DNA of 64,000 nt from Botryllus schlosseri (Eukaryota): positions 19,964,001-20,028,000 of the forward strand of contig CM119372.1 of assembly GCA_051294905.1 (NCBI GenBank). The letters run 5' to 3'. The notes beneath the pieces are model-generated. The model was not told where the DNA came from and searched no databases. It saw only the letters and a program-made list of their open reading frames with translations. The position numbers and the translations under genes were made by a program. This document shows positions 38,931 through 51,550 of the stretch, piece after piece. Within the stretch, counting starts at the first letter, position 1. Each line of letters opens with the position of its first letter.

Positions 38931-41760
38931 CACATCTCCACAATAATGGTAGAATTTAAGGCTTGGGTCATTATAGACAGGACCATAACTGCCGCACCCC
39001 AACCCCCAATTGGGAGGGGGGCAAAATTATTTTGCAAATCAATATAAATTATAGGGTACGGAGATTTGGTCCAACCTTAAAATTTTGTCCGCGCGATTTA
39101 GTGTAATTAAATGTATAATTTTTAATATGGAAAAATTACGCATCATTTCTAAACAAAATAGGTATTTCAGCGCCGCGGCCATTACCTCTCCATGATAAAC
39201 CAAGACTATACTGATGTAACTGATCACGTGGACTGGGAGGCGATGATAAATAATTAGCAATATATGCAATTACCAATAGGCATAATTCTAGGTTTACCAT
39301 ATTATGGAATCGGGAAAGGAGGACACTTTCAAATACCCTGCAACGGTCAAAGTGATTTTCTGTTAGCGGTACAAAGGACTGTCGGGAAGGGAGGTCTGGT
39401 GGCGCAGCCCCCCAGAGGTTTGGTTTGTGATCACATGCGGGTCAAGACCAACCACGTTTTGGGGGGGCTGCCGAAGTGCTGTTTCGGTCGTGATTATAGT
39501 GTAGGCCGGAAGGGGGTTAAGTGTCATTAAGGTTTGTATATGGCTTGAAGGCTACTGTTATTAGTAGGGCAGTAGTTTTTGCAACTTCTTTTTACAACTT
39601 CCTAGATTAGTTAGAATATCTGTAATATATGATGTTTTGAGCAGTTTGGAGGGATTTTATAGTGCAACTTTTCTCTATTTTTCATACCAATTTTTACTAC
39701 AACTTTTATCAAATATTGCGTAAGAATGTAAAAGAGTGATTTAAAATCAAGTCATAAACTATTTCTAGTGTGGTTGTATTCTCTTTGATTTGCATAACAA
39801 TGAGCTATATGATGGGTTAGGTGCATCCCATTGTTATTTACGACACAATGGCTTGTAAGCAAGAATCTCAACTACCCCTGCCAAGCACGACCGTAGCCGA
39901 ACAATATGTAAATAGATCGCTTTATTAATTCTGTCGTTTCAATTTGAGATAGTTTCCTATTTCACGAACACCCAGGCGAGACCGCCGAAAATTACATTAT
40001 CACTGGCGGGTCACATTATTCAGGCTATTACCTTTGTTAAATTCGCCAAGAGTTAAATTCTCCGTAGGTCAAGTTTGCAGACCTAGGGTATTTGCTGGGT
40101 GTGTTGTTTGACTTGTTGTATGGGAAGGGGGTTATCGCTACGCTGTTTGGCTTTTTGGGGAAATTATTCCCGCACCGCCTAATTTTCTTGTTGTGTACCG
40201 AAATAAAATGTAATTTTTGCCGGTCTCGCCAGAATGTCCGTGAAATAACAAAGTAACAAATTTAACAGCTCTGCACAGGAACTAGGTTATACAATGGAAC
40301 CTTTTGAGTATCTCATATCCTACTAATTCAACAAAAATTATAAATGGAACTTTTTACTGAAACTTTTATCAAAATAAAGGGCAACTTTCTCGCGATTTTA
40401 GTGCAAAAACTTGCCCTAGTTATTAGGGTTGGGGGTTATTACGAGAGAGAGAGAGAGATTTATTTTGTTAGCCGATGGCGCCACAATTGATAGAACGCCT
40501 ATAAGTATGTAGTATTTAACAAAACAAAGAACAGTGGTTTTATCGATATTGACTGGTACCGGCGATATGATAATGACGATCTTCAAGTAAACCGGAACCA
40601 TGGTTATTCAATTAAAATAATGCCATGATGAATAAACGAACCAGAATATATCGTACAAATGCAATAGTAGTACTCGCTGAGCAGTAAAACAAAAGAAGAT
40701 ATGAAACACTTAACAGCTACGTCACACACAATCATTGTGCACAAAGTACAAATATGTTGCATTGCATATTTAAATACTGAGAATGGACAGTTGTAGAGCC
40801 CTGGCTCTCTCTCGTACGTCACGTGATTTATGTCTTTCTTCTCGTACCACGTGACTTACCATTTATTATCCGTGTATTTGAATTATATGCTCTGAGGCCA
40901 GGGGTGTCAAACTCAACTTGCGTCGCGGGCCGGATTCAAACCTTCAAATCGCATGTGGGCCGGCCGCACCAGTAAAATAATTTCGAAATAATACCTTAAA
41001 ATTCATGCCCATGTTTTCATTTGAATACTTTATCATCAAGTCACAACAGTGCATTAGATTACGGATCATATGGGTTCTATTCTGGCTACACCATTATTCG
41101 CAAACAATGGAATTGGCAACAATACGGTAACTGGATTGGGCTGGCAAATACAGTCATAAACCGCAGAACAGTGGTTCTGACGATGTTGTCATATTTCTAT
41201 ACTCCCTTCGTTTTAGTCTTACGCTACCGTCAACGTTGCGTAGGCCCATGCGTTGCGACGATTACAAGATATTTATCTGTAGCCTAAACGAGGACGTTGG
41301 AACTTGCTTCATTGTTAAATCGCGATTCAGGTTTCTCTCGAGGCCGGAGACCTTTGCAGCAGTGCGACCACCGACATATAAAACTATGAACTCTGTACGC
41401 GCTTTTTGCCTTTTCGGAATTGGTTTCAATGTTAGCGAATTGTTCCTAATAGTGACTATAGTGAAACCAACTCACCGCTGTCGGATGGTTATAATGTGGC
41501 CTGTGAACATTTCTCTGCATTTGCTGTTTATGGGATGTGGCAGTATTTCTTACTAAAAATCCAAACATTTGTTAGAAATGTACTAGATAATACACGAATT
41601 TTCAATCAACTCATAATTGCCTCGCGAGCCGGATGAAATCGGATGGCCGGATAGTTTCTAGATATCCCTGGGTTTTTGTAGCAGATCCCAAACTATCATC
41701 CCATAGTAGGTGGGAATGTATGATAAAAAAAATAGAGAGTGCGGAGAAATGGTTTTAGAA

Positions 41761-43413
41761 TAGGGTTGCCATACGTCCGGAATTTCTCGGACATGTCCGG
41801 AATTTCACTGAAAAATCTGCGTCCGGGAGGAATTTGTAAAATATGCCTAAATGTCCGGAATTTTGAAGGCTTGAAGCAGGCTCAAAAGTTTTTCGTAAAT
41901 CAACATAAACAATATTATATTTTCATGCAGATTTATGGTATTCAAAATTGTTCTTGGCGCCGCGCGCGAGTTAATGCAACGTATAATTATAGAAATTAAA
42001 CATGGAACGGCAACGACCGATTTTGCAGCTTCGTTCCGCTTCGCAGAGGCTGGAGAGGAGTATTGTTTTGCGTAAGCGACAGTAGGATTTCTGGCAATGC
42101 AAAAGCTATCTTCCCGAGCGCAGAAATTATTGAATCTGGTCTTGATCGAAAGCTACTGTTGCACCGATTTCGAAAATATAAATTTAAATAATGATCAGGC
42201 ACTGATCCACCTAGAATCTGTCCTCCAAGTCTGAAATATCGGCATTGTTCAGAACAATCTGGTAACCGCAACACAATGACCATAACAATGACCCGTTGCG
42301 ACTCTCCGATTGTTCGAACAATGCCGATATTTCGACTTGGAGGACGGATTCTAGGTGGACCAGTGCCTGATCATTATTTTAATTTATATTTTCGAAATCG
42401 GTGCAACAGTGGCTTTCGATCAAGACCATATTCATTAATTTCTGTGCTCGGGAAGATAGCTTTTGGATTGCCAGAAATCCTACAGTCGCTTACGCAAAAC
42501 CACTCTCCACTCCAGCCTCGGCGAAGCGGAACGAAGCTGCAAAATCGGTCGTTGCCGTTCCATGTTTAATTTCTATAGTATAATGATATTAGTATGGCAG
42601 CAGGCACCACCCTCTCCAAAATGCAATCAAAAGTAATATAAATAACCATCATTTACTAAAATAAGTCTAATTGTAATCGCAATTATAAGCTAATGGTATA
42701 TTCCTGGAGCTGGTTAAGGTCGATTGGATGCTTCAATCACAAACAGTGGTTCCAAATCTTGGTGTCGTTCGCATTTATCTGGGGATCGCGATGATGTTGA
42801 GCTTTGCCACGGAACATTTTCAAGTGGAAAATGAGGTCGCGACCATAGAAGGTTGGAAATCGCCGGATGTGCAACATGCTGGTGCATTTTATAGTAGCCT
42901 AATATATGGAAGAATCAATATTATTGGCACAATTCATACGTAAAATTTAACAGCCAAATGTATATAGTAAGTGCCCAACAAGTTACATCGACTATCCTAT
43001 GGTGGGCCCAAGATCAGTGCTTTTTTGGGCGGAAGAGGGGGAGGAGAAAAATGTTGTTTCGGATATGATTAAAACACATATACAGATAGCCCACCGACCT
43101 AACAGTATAGCAGGACTGCCAAACACAATCCTGACAGGCCAGACACGGCCCTCCAGATGATTTCATCCGGCGCGTGGAGGAATCTACTGCAGACCCTAGC
43201 AAGTAGCAATCACCAGAGCTCACATTACAGATGGCCCAATTCATGACCTATGTTCCACTCCATCCCTGTATAGTGTATACAAAACAGTCGATGGACAATG
43301 CTTTTCCAGTGTGACGTCATATTGACGGTCAATGAGTTACAACTCATTTTAAAATCCGCCAGTGGGCGCTGAAGAGTGTCCGGAATTTGCTTCACCAAAA
43401 TATGGTAACCCTA
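41761..43413. mobile_element. Non-autonomous hAT element (1653 bp) with nested palindrome and cargo
   Basis: TIRs TAGGGTTGCCATA / TATGGTAACCCTA, subterminal gtccggaattt motifs, perfect 8-bp TSD TTTTAGAA. Confidence 0.9.
41988..42577. repeat. ~590-bp foldback inverted repeat (arms ~270 bp, ~94% identical by hand count)
   Basis: 41988-42259 is the reverse complement of 42308-42577; the outer ~56 bp match perfectly. Confidence 0.95.
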
Positions 43414-44460
43414 TTTTAGAACTATTCGGTTAAGCTTCCATAATACATCAATATTTCGTGACACTTCTGCGCATACATTGGTGATATACCTATGCCTCTA
43501 TATGAATTCTAAGGTACTAAATAGACTTGCAGAGCTAGTTGTTGTCCTGAAATTGCCAACACCCCTGCATATTTGGGATTTGATAACTCTGATTTGCAAT
43601 TTTTCCTGCATATTGTAATTGTACCTAGGGTTGGGATTGGTGTCATTAGGGTTCGGGTTTGATGTTTAGGATTGCCGTGGGGGTCATTAGGTTTGGAATC
43701 CTTCGCGTTGTCAAAGTCCTTGGGGCATAATTTCTATTGTGCACGCACTGTCCTTATTCCGCACCGCACGCGCGAATGTTCTTACTCTGCATGCAATCGC
43801 AGCAATAAACCTCAAATTTTATGTCGCTAGTTTTGCTGGAGTAGCTTTCTTGACTACTTGTACCACCGCTGAACAATATACTTGACAAACTTTTCAAATG
43901 TAGAGGTGTAAGTAGTCTGAATGATAACTACTTGACTACTTTTGAAAAGTAGAAGTACTTAATTGTTACCGCTGTCAATATTTCGCAAGTAGCTGCGGAT
44001 TCTATTGAAGCAATTTCCATTTTGGATATCTAACTCGGATTTGAAAATGATCATGGGAAGTGAATTTACAATTTGGATTTGCATAATGTAAATTTGATTT
44101 TGAGACGATGGGCAAAACTTTGAAATTAGGATCTGAAATACAGATTTGCATTTTGTAAGGGGGGAGTTTTTATTGTGCGGGTAACGACTTATTGACACAT
44201 CTTCAATATTGGGCTCTGAATCCAGATTGATATAGGGCATCTTGATTTGATTGTCGTTATGGAAAAAGGAATCTTGTTTTTTGGAATTACGATGTGCCAA
44301 ACCTGCAAACATTCCAATTGAAATACAGAACAGTATTTTTCAGGAACTTTCCATATTCTGAATTCGACTGACCTCATTGTGCATCAACCCTGCATAAAAT
44401 ATGACTATTATTGTTAGCTTATACTTTTATGGTAACGCATTAACCTCATGCCATAGTATA

Positions 44461-44969
44461 TAGGGCTGGGTACAATGATTCGAGTACTCGAATCTGGATC
44501 GAGTATAGATTGTAATGATTCGAGTCGAGTAGTAAAAGACGATTTTTTCGAGTGCTGAAATTATACGCTCCTCGGCACTGGAAGTTAATTTATGTACGAG
44601 AATAATAGTTTCGACAGTAATTTTCACTGCTGAAGCCTTGAAACCTTGATTGGCCGTATATAGTAGCATACGTAACAAGCTACGAACGTTACTGGAAATA
44701 GCACATGTCCGAAGTCATGATCGTCCCACAACATTGTCATCGAGTGCAATAAAATCGATATGGTCGAAAAAATACCTAAGTATCTTTAATGTGATGGATA
44801 ACAGACATTATATTCTTTGTGGTGACATAAAAGTTACGTATTTGAACCTTCACATATTACATTCCGTTGTGACTCCATAAAGAGCGATACTCGATTACTC
44901 GACTCGACTCGAACCATATTACGGGATTCAGAATCGAATCACTCAGGTACTCGATTTTGCCTAGCCCTA
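44461..44969. mobile_element. hAT MITE, inverted copy of the 29540-30049 family
   Basis: tagggctggg ... ctagcccta termini; internal sequence is the reverse complement of 29540-30049. Confidence 0.8.
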
Positions 44970-45018
44970 GTACTAGACCCCAAATTTCAGTTATATCATC
45001 AAGGCGTAAACAAGGTAT

Positions 45019-45283
45019 TGTAGCAGCCCTCGTGCGCCCGCTATGCGGGTCCGCTTTCGGTCATGCTCTGTCTATTCGGGGAGAGCATGAGCTGGTTTGC
45101 GTCTCTTGGGTTGCGTCGGCCGTGCTGGGCGGTCGACGGTATTTGTGGTCGGTTACTTGGTTCTTGGATCTGTATCGTCTGTCGGGTTGCATTATATTTT
45201 GTGTGCTGAATAAACCTCCATACTGGACAAAGGCCTCTACAGTATTCTCGACCGCAGTTCGTGTACGCTCAGTGATTCTAACA
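45019..45283 (+). mobile_element. Candidate solo LTR
   Basis: GC-rich 265-bp island bounded by TG...CA with an internal AATAAA; no matching TSD found. Confidence 0.35.
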
Positions 45284-48200
45284 CATACTCCGGACCTTTT
45301 CGGATATGACCTCTATCTAATTCAGATGGAAACATGATCCGTTTTCGACGAAGATAGCAATTTCATCGAAACAAATTGGATCCTGATGCAGAAGAGCTGC
45401 GATCCGTACATCCCAAGTGGGCACTGAGCTATACAACTGGTATATATGGGCGTTCACTTGAATTTCATGCTGTGTATTCCGCAGTCTGCACACTGCCGTG
45501 CCAATCAAACTATTGACCGAATTGACTCACTCCTGACGTCATTACAAATCAGAAATCATCAACGGAGCTACTGTTTGCATGATACTTGAAACCCTCTACC
45601 CTTTGTTGTTTCCAGTATACTAATTGTGGTCAGTATGATCTTAAATGGCCATCAGAGCGCACTTGAAGGAATCGGGCAGTTGAGGCGTTTTCGCGTATGA
45701 TACGATCCAATATTCGATGTATCAATCAGACTTTGATGTTTCGTAGAATGTTGCCGGGACGATTAATTTCTTTTGTAATGTCCTGCTGTGGAATTGGTTA
45801 CATAACCGCTATGAACAAACAGCATTAAAAAGGACCCTGTATCCTTGGCAAGCAAAGCCTTGTTTGCTCAGAAAGTTTGCGTAGCATCCATATTATGTTA
45901 TGATTTCCAAGGCTATTGTTGTGAATCGAATAAATCGACTATCTTGGAATGGTTGAATGGGTCTCGAAGCTGTACGGCTAGGTCTCAAGAGGCAGACACA
46001 ATATTTATGACAATGAAATTTTCATGGAGCGGTATATAGGAATACACAACATACGTGTGTAGAAGGCGGATTGGTAAATTCGCTGCCAGCTATCTACTGT
46101 GTTTACCTGTTAGTGTGGAAGATATATTGGAATGAGGATGAGTATCAGCATTTATCGTGGAATTGGCGTTCTTATAGGTAGGGCTGAGCACAATTATTCC
46201 AGTATACGTTCTAATGATTCGAGTCGCGTAATGAGAGGTGACTTTTTCGACTACAAAAATTGTATGATCCTATAGTCACTAAGAGTTACTTGATCATCAA
46301 GAATTATAGTGGCGATACTATTTCCACTGTTGAAGTCTTAAGACGTCTATTTGTCATCGCCCAGCAGAGGAAACGTGGTAAAAGCTACGCTCGATAGCAT
46401 TTCCTTTTCCGTTAAATCGCTATCGATCCCCAGCATTTTCCTGAAGTGGAATGAAATAGATTTGGTCGAAATATCCCAAATTATATGTAATGTGATGCAA
46501 AACTGGCATTGTATTCTTAGTCAGTCACATAAAGCCTGGTGCATATTTGAACTTTCCCCGTCGTTCAAACTGTCGTGGCGTCACACGGGCGATACTCGAA
46601 TAGCCTATGCGACTCTAAGTTACTACCTGTAATTTGGTAAACCACTTGAACGTCTTGAAGTAGGCGAGGAGGTAGACTAAATTTGCTACGGATTAATCTG
46701 TGAAAATATGGCTGGATATGACTGTGACAAATTTTATGCCTGCGTACAAGCATTACGAAAAAAGGCTAGCGCCAGAGCGTGCCTCGCCCTATTATCTTGT
46801 AGGTCTGTGTGTTGTGCGAGCCCTTCATAGAGAAATATTATTTCAGGTATTCAGAGCTAGCAGAACATATGACTATGAGTGCCGGTTTGGTTCGTGGCTT
46901 GAATATATTTGCGATATGTAACTTCGCGACCAACGAGAAATGACTTGCTCCAAATAGCTGGGTTATAAGTCATCGGGACTCTATCAGGCACTCTCTCGCG
47001 CAAAAGTGATGAAAATCCATCCTAGACTACTTTCTACTCGGCAATATTTGAGAAAGAATCAAGTATTACACTGCCGTAAAGTTACGATAATATGCTACTT
47101 CAAAAACCATTCTAAACCTCTGATCCACACAGAAAAGTGCATGACCACGCCATCAATACTAATTCTATTTAGCGCTATGTCTTTTGGATTTACGTTTACC
47201 TTCATTTACGTCCATTAGCGGCGACAGCGCATAAGACGAAACAATTTCAGCAACTCAGTTGTAACTCAGTTGTTCTTAACCGGTGTTGAATAAAACACTA
47301 CGGGTTTCGCGATCCAGTCTTCGGGGTTCCGCTGGAGGTCAAGACAAACACTGAAGCCTTTCATATGATTTGCAATGATACGCCCGTCTTGCAGTGATGA
47401 TCAGATATTGCTTCTGAGAATCCGAATCCGTCCGACAGCTCGAGTGTCTGAGGAACCATCCGTCCGCATCCGAACAATGTCAACCAAAAATCCATGCGAA
47501 TACGAATAATTCCGTCCAGAATCCGAAAAATCCGAATCGAATAACTTTTCCAAAGAATCCTGCTGCGCTGCGAGTAGTTTTTAGGTTAGGGTTAGATGAT
47601 ATATATTTGCTTGAACCATTGACAGAACAACTTAAGAGTGTCGCCAGTCTTATCAGAACGTGTCGAGCTGATGATTTTTTTCTTTTGGCATGAATTCACG
47701 TCAAGCCTGGTCAGAACTATCAATAATATTCGAAGCTGAAGTTACAACTGTCTCAAAATTGCGCAAAATCCGATCCGAATCCTATCCGACTCCGTCCGAT
47801 GCAGATCACTGCCGTCTTGGTAATCATATGCCGACCAGTAGTTGAATTGTGATTGTTCTGGTGGTATACGTCGTGTGCTGTTGCGAACGCGGGGGAGGTT
47901 GGGGTTCGAAATCGAAACCCAGTCTTGAAATGCAAATTCCAACTCCAATATCGGAAATCTCGTTTGTAATTAGGCGAAGCAATTGGTATCACGCTGTTGC
48001 GTTTCGACCCAACAGTGTGATGACACTTTTAACGTGAAGCTTCGCATTTCTGAACCGTTTTCTGGAAGGGAACAGCAGAAGTCGCAATGATTTGCAATAT
48101 ATATTCATTTTTATGTTTTCGTTTTGCTGAAAATTTTATACAATCTCATTGTTCTTCTAACAATTTGTTGATGCAGCAGTTCAGTCTGTGTACCAGTACT

Positions 48201-48469
48201 CCGAAGAAAGGCAGAAGTAATTACATACATCATTGCACAATGGCACGTATACACACTACACAGCTGCTAATGGTCTTTTGCAGCATGTCTTTTTATGTAA
48301 CTTTATTCTAGATAGCCTATATTGCTAAATATAATTATACTCAATCGTTCGTTCGTTTATTGAAAACACTACAAGACTGTGACAGAATTACGGCGTCGAA
48401 ACGAACAGTGGTTCCTTTTTGACCTACGCTATGTCATTGTTCGGCCCCACATTCTGGTACTAGTACTAC

Positions 48470-48860
48470 TACTTCGTAGAGCGATGTGTTTTCACGTAAT
48501 TTGTGCTGTACTCATTGTAGTTGGACCATGAGGTCGCGTGTGTGCTGGTGAAGGCCTTAGGAGCTCTAGATTCCGAGGTGAGGAAGTCCTTGAATTTTGC
48601 GCAGCAGTGACCACAGTAGAACTAATGTATAAACTTCGCAATTTCTGGCTTCCTCAAATCTTCTATGTCTAGAAAACTAAATAGTTTGAGTAGAAAATTG
48701 TTGGTTGCACATTCAGGCCCGTTTGACGCCCTGTTGGCGATGATATGGAGTGTCCGATGCTGTAGTAATTGCAGCTGATCGCGTTCATTCTTACTCGCGG
48801 GAGTCAGGTATGCCATATTGTAAGCTTGATTGGACTAAAGTCTATATAAGAGAGAGTATC
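48470..48860 (-). mobile_element. Degenerate L2/Crack/CR1-type LINE 3' ORF2 fragment
   Basis: Translates to LVQSSLQYGI..QLQLLQHRTLHII..LDIEDLRKPEIAKFIH, matching the post-RT region of CR1/L2-group LINEs; contains stops and frameshifts. Confidence 0.65.
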
Positions 48861-49055
48861 ATCAGAATCTAAAGCGGTAGGAAGTGTCATAAAACCGATA
48901 TTTTAGTCTACGTGATAATAGCACGAATCAATTGTTTAGCGGTATAGTTCTACTTCGTTCCTGAGCTGAACTTTGTTATGTTCCCGAACTACAGATGCGC
49001 GCTTTATTGATATCTATAATCTCCCGATTTTGAATCAGACTGACATGCTCCAAGG

Positions 49056-50904
49056 CAGTGGTTCTTAACCTTTTTTCCTCCAGCGCCCCCTTTCAAAAAT
49101 TATCGTGCTCCAGCGCCCCCCAACCTCATATTGTAAGGAATGTAATAAAGACAATGAGTAAGAGGGAGGGCCGTAACAGCACTTCGTCAACCCCCCTAAA
49201 AACGATTGCCTTGCGCACCTATAGCATGAGAAACCAAACTTCTGATGGCTTCGCTCCCAAGAACCCCGTAGCGTGATTTCGATGGTCAGCAAAGTTTGTG
49301 TGGCCTGGTCGCCCTAGGTACCAAAATTTTCTATAATGCATGAATGAATAGCTGGTAATTACATATATAAGTCGCTATAAACTTTTTATCCTCTCAGCCC
49401 ACGTAATCAGATTTACCAGTAACGCTGAGTGAGCTGTTGTATGGGAAAATAAAGGCCACGTAATTAATAATTAAACATATTCGGGCGTGCCCGTAGGTAC
49501 AATTAATTCGTTACCAGGGCCGTAACAGCACTTCATCACCCCCCCCCCCCAAAAAAAAAAACGTTGGTCTTGGGCCATCGGGCGATAAGCCAAACTTTCG
49601 GTGAGCTTCGCCTCCAGACCCCCCTTTGGCAAACCGCTATTTGCTGATACTAGTCATCTACATTCGGTGTCCATTTACTGAGCCAGCTATTCTCACCTAG
49701 ACGCGCCAAGCGCGAAAAATTTCAATTATTAATGATTGAATTGGTCAATATGAACGGGAATTGCATGTATACTGATATTAATTTTTATCCTCTCTCTGCT
49801 CACGTAAACAGATTTACGGGTAGAGCTGAGTGATGTGTGATTGAAAAGGTAGGACACCTCAATAATAATTATACATCTTCGGGCGTATACCCGTTGGCAG
49901 GAACGAAACGGCAATTCGTCAGGGCCCCGAAAAAAACTTGGGTCTTCGGCTCCCATAGGGTGATAAACCGACCCATCACGTTGTTCGCTTTTGCCACGAA
50001 ATCAGCTGTACTGTTTAGCGAGCCAGTGCGAAAACTTTCGATAATTCATGATAAAATCGGTCAGTAAGATTGGGAATTGCATATATATTGCTATCAATTT
50101 CTTGTCCTCTCTGCTCACGTTACCAGATTTACCGGTAGAGCTGAGTGAGGTGCAATGTTCCCTCTAAGCTGCGCACGTGCGCAGTGCTGACACGGTCTCT
50201 GCGCACAGAAAATCTACGTTACGCACAACAAATCCGAAGTTATCACCTTTTTTTAGTCGTTACGCACTTTTGTTCAAGGGTCTGCGCAGTGAGTTAGTGA
50301 GTGTGCGCAGATTCGTCAAAACGTAAAGGGAACATTGTGAGGTGTCTTGGAAACTGTAGGGACCGTAACTAATAATTAAACATATTCGGGCGGGCGGACC
50401 CGTTGGTATGACTTCGTTGCATAATGTTATTTCGTGACCTCCTGTCTGCTATATCAAAAAATACAGAATCACCAACAGGGATATCTAGTTCTATATATCC
50501 CTGCCGCCCAATCGTACTAAACTAAAAGACGCACACGATTTCAAATTGGTATTTCTTCACTGGCATATAATTTTTCCCAGCCAGATGGAATTCGTCTTCT
50601 GAGGTTCAGATTGCCAAGACAGAAACATTCGGTGCCAGTCATTTATAGGCGCCCATGGACAATTACACGTATATGTCTTTTGTAGGCTATATATAACGAA
50701 GTTTTCAGTGTTAATTCGCTCTGAATACTCATTAAGGATATGTCCTACCACCACATCCTCTACTGCGAAGCCATTTTTCTCCAGCGCTCCCCATACCGCC
50801 CCCTGAGCCCAGCGCCCCCCCATATCGCCCACTGAGCGTTTCCGCCCCCTTCAAAATCGCCAGCGCCTCTTGGGGGGCGCTGGAGGCAAGGTTAAGAACC
50901 ACTG
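49056..50904. mobile_element. 1.85-kb non-autonomous hAT element with an internal tandem triplication and a nested MITE
   Basis: 17-bp TIRs cagtggttcttaacctt / aaggttaagaaccactg; subterminal ctccagcgcccc repeats at both ends; TSD ctccaagg/ctctaagg. Confidence 0.85.
50153..50337. mobile_element. 185-bp MITE (caatgttccct TIRs) with an apparent 7-bp TSD
   Basis: TGAGGTG on both sides; the paralogous repeat at ~49825 has a single site. A second copy lies at 2104-2301. Confidence 0.85.
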
Positions 50905-51182
50905 CTCTAAGGCCATACCGTGTTCAGCTATCTCTCGTATCAGCAAACTATGCTTACATGTTCTTAAATCGGTAACGCTCATATCTATATGTGTTTGTTT
51001 ATGCCCCTATTACTTGTAACTACCGAACAAACCCGAATGAAATAGCACGGGGCATGTATAGGATAAAGGTCACAGTTCGTTCGCTTATTTCGTTAACTAT
51101 GCTAATGTTATTCAATTCCGGCCCTGTATCAAATTTAAGTGTTTTTGACAGATTCTTACAGTAGTTTTATAAATATTATATA

Positions 51183-51550
51183 ATGGAGGAGGATCTCATG
51201 AAGATTGCTGACGACACCGAGATGGTATTGCGAGAGTGTATGCTCCTCGTTATTAGACTCGACACGAATATGAATGCCGAGCAAGCAAGGTCCAAACTTC
51301 GACAAGACTTCTCAAAAATCCAACCCATACCAACGAGTTTCTATCGGTAATGAAAGTTCTGAGTTCTTCTAAATAACTTTAGCTCGCGCTTCTGTAATTG
51401 TAGATCTACCTGACAAATTATGTAGCCTACACATTGTGTACCATTGGGAATACAAAAATGCTAGCCACAATTTAACGAGAACACAGAGGCTGCTGGGTTC
51501 CCGCTGATGCAATTATCAGCCTACTCAAGACACGTCACTTCATTTTAATC
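51183..51550 (+). pseudogene. Possible decayed death-fold domain coding fragments
   Basis: MEEDLMKIADDTEMVLRECMLLVIRLDTNMNAEQARSKLRQDF, then DLPDKLCSLHIVYHWEYK and, after frameshifts, EAAGF-ADAIISLLK. The helical pattern and Trp position resemble Death domains; no search was run. Confidence 0.3.
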
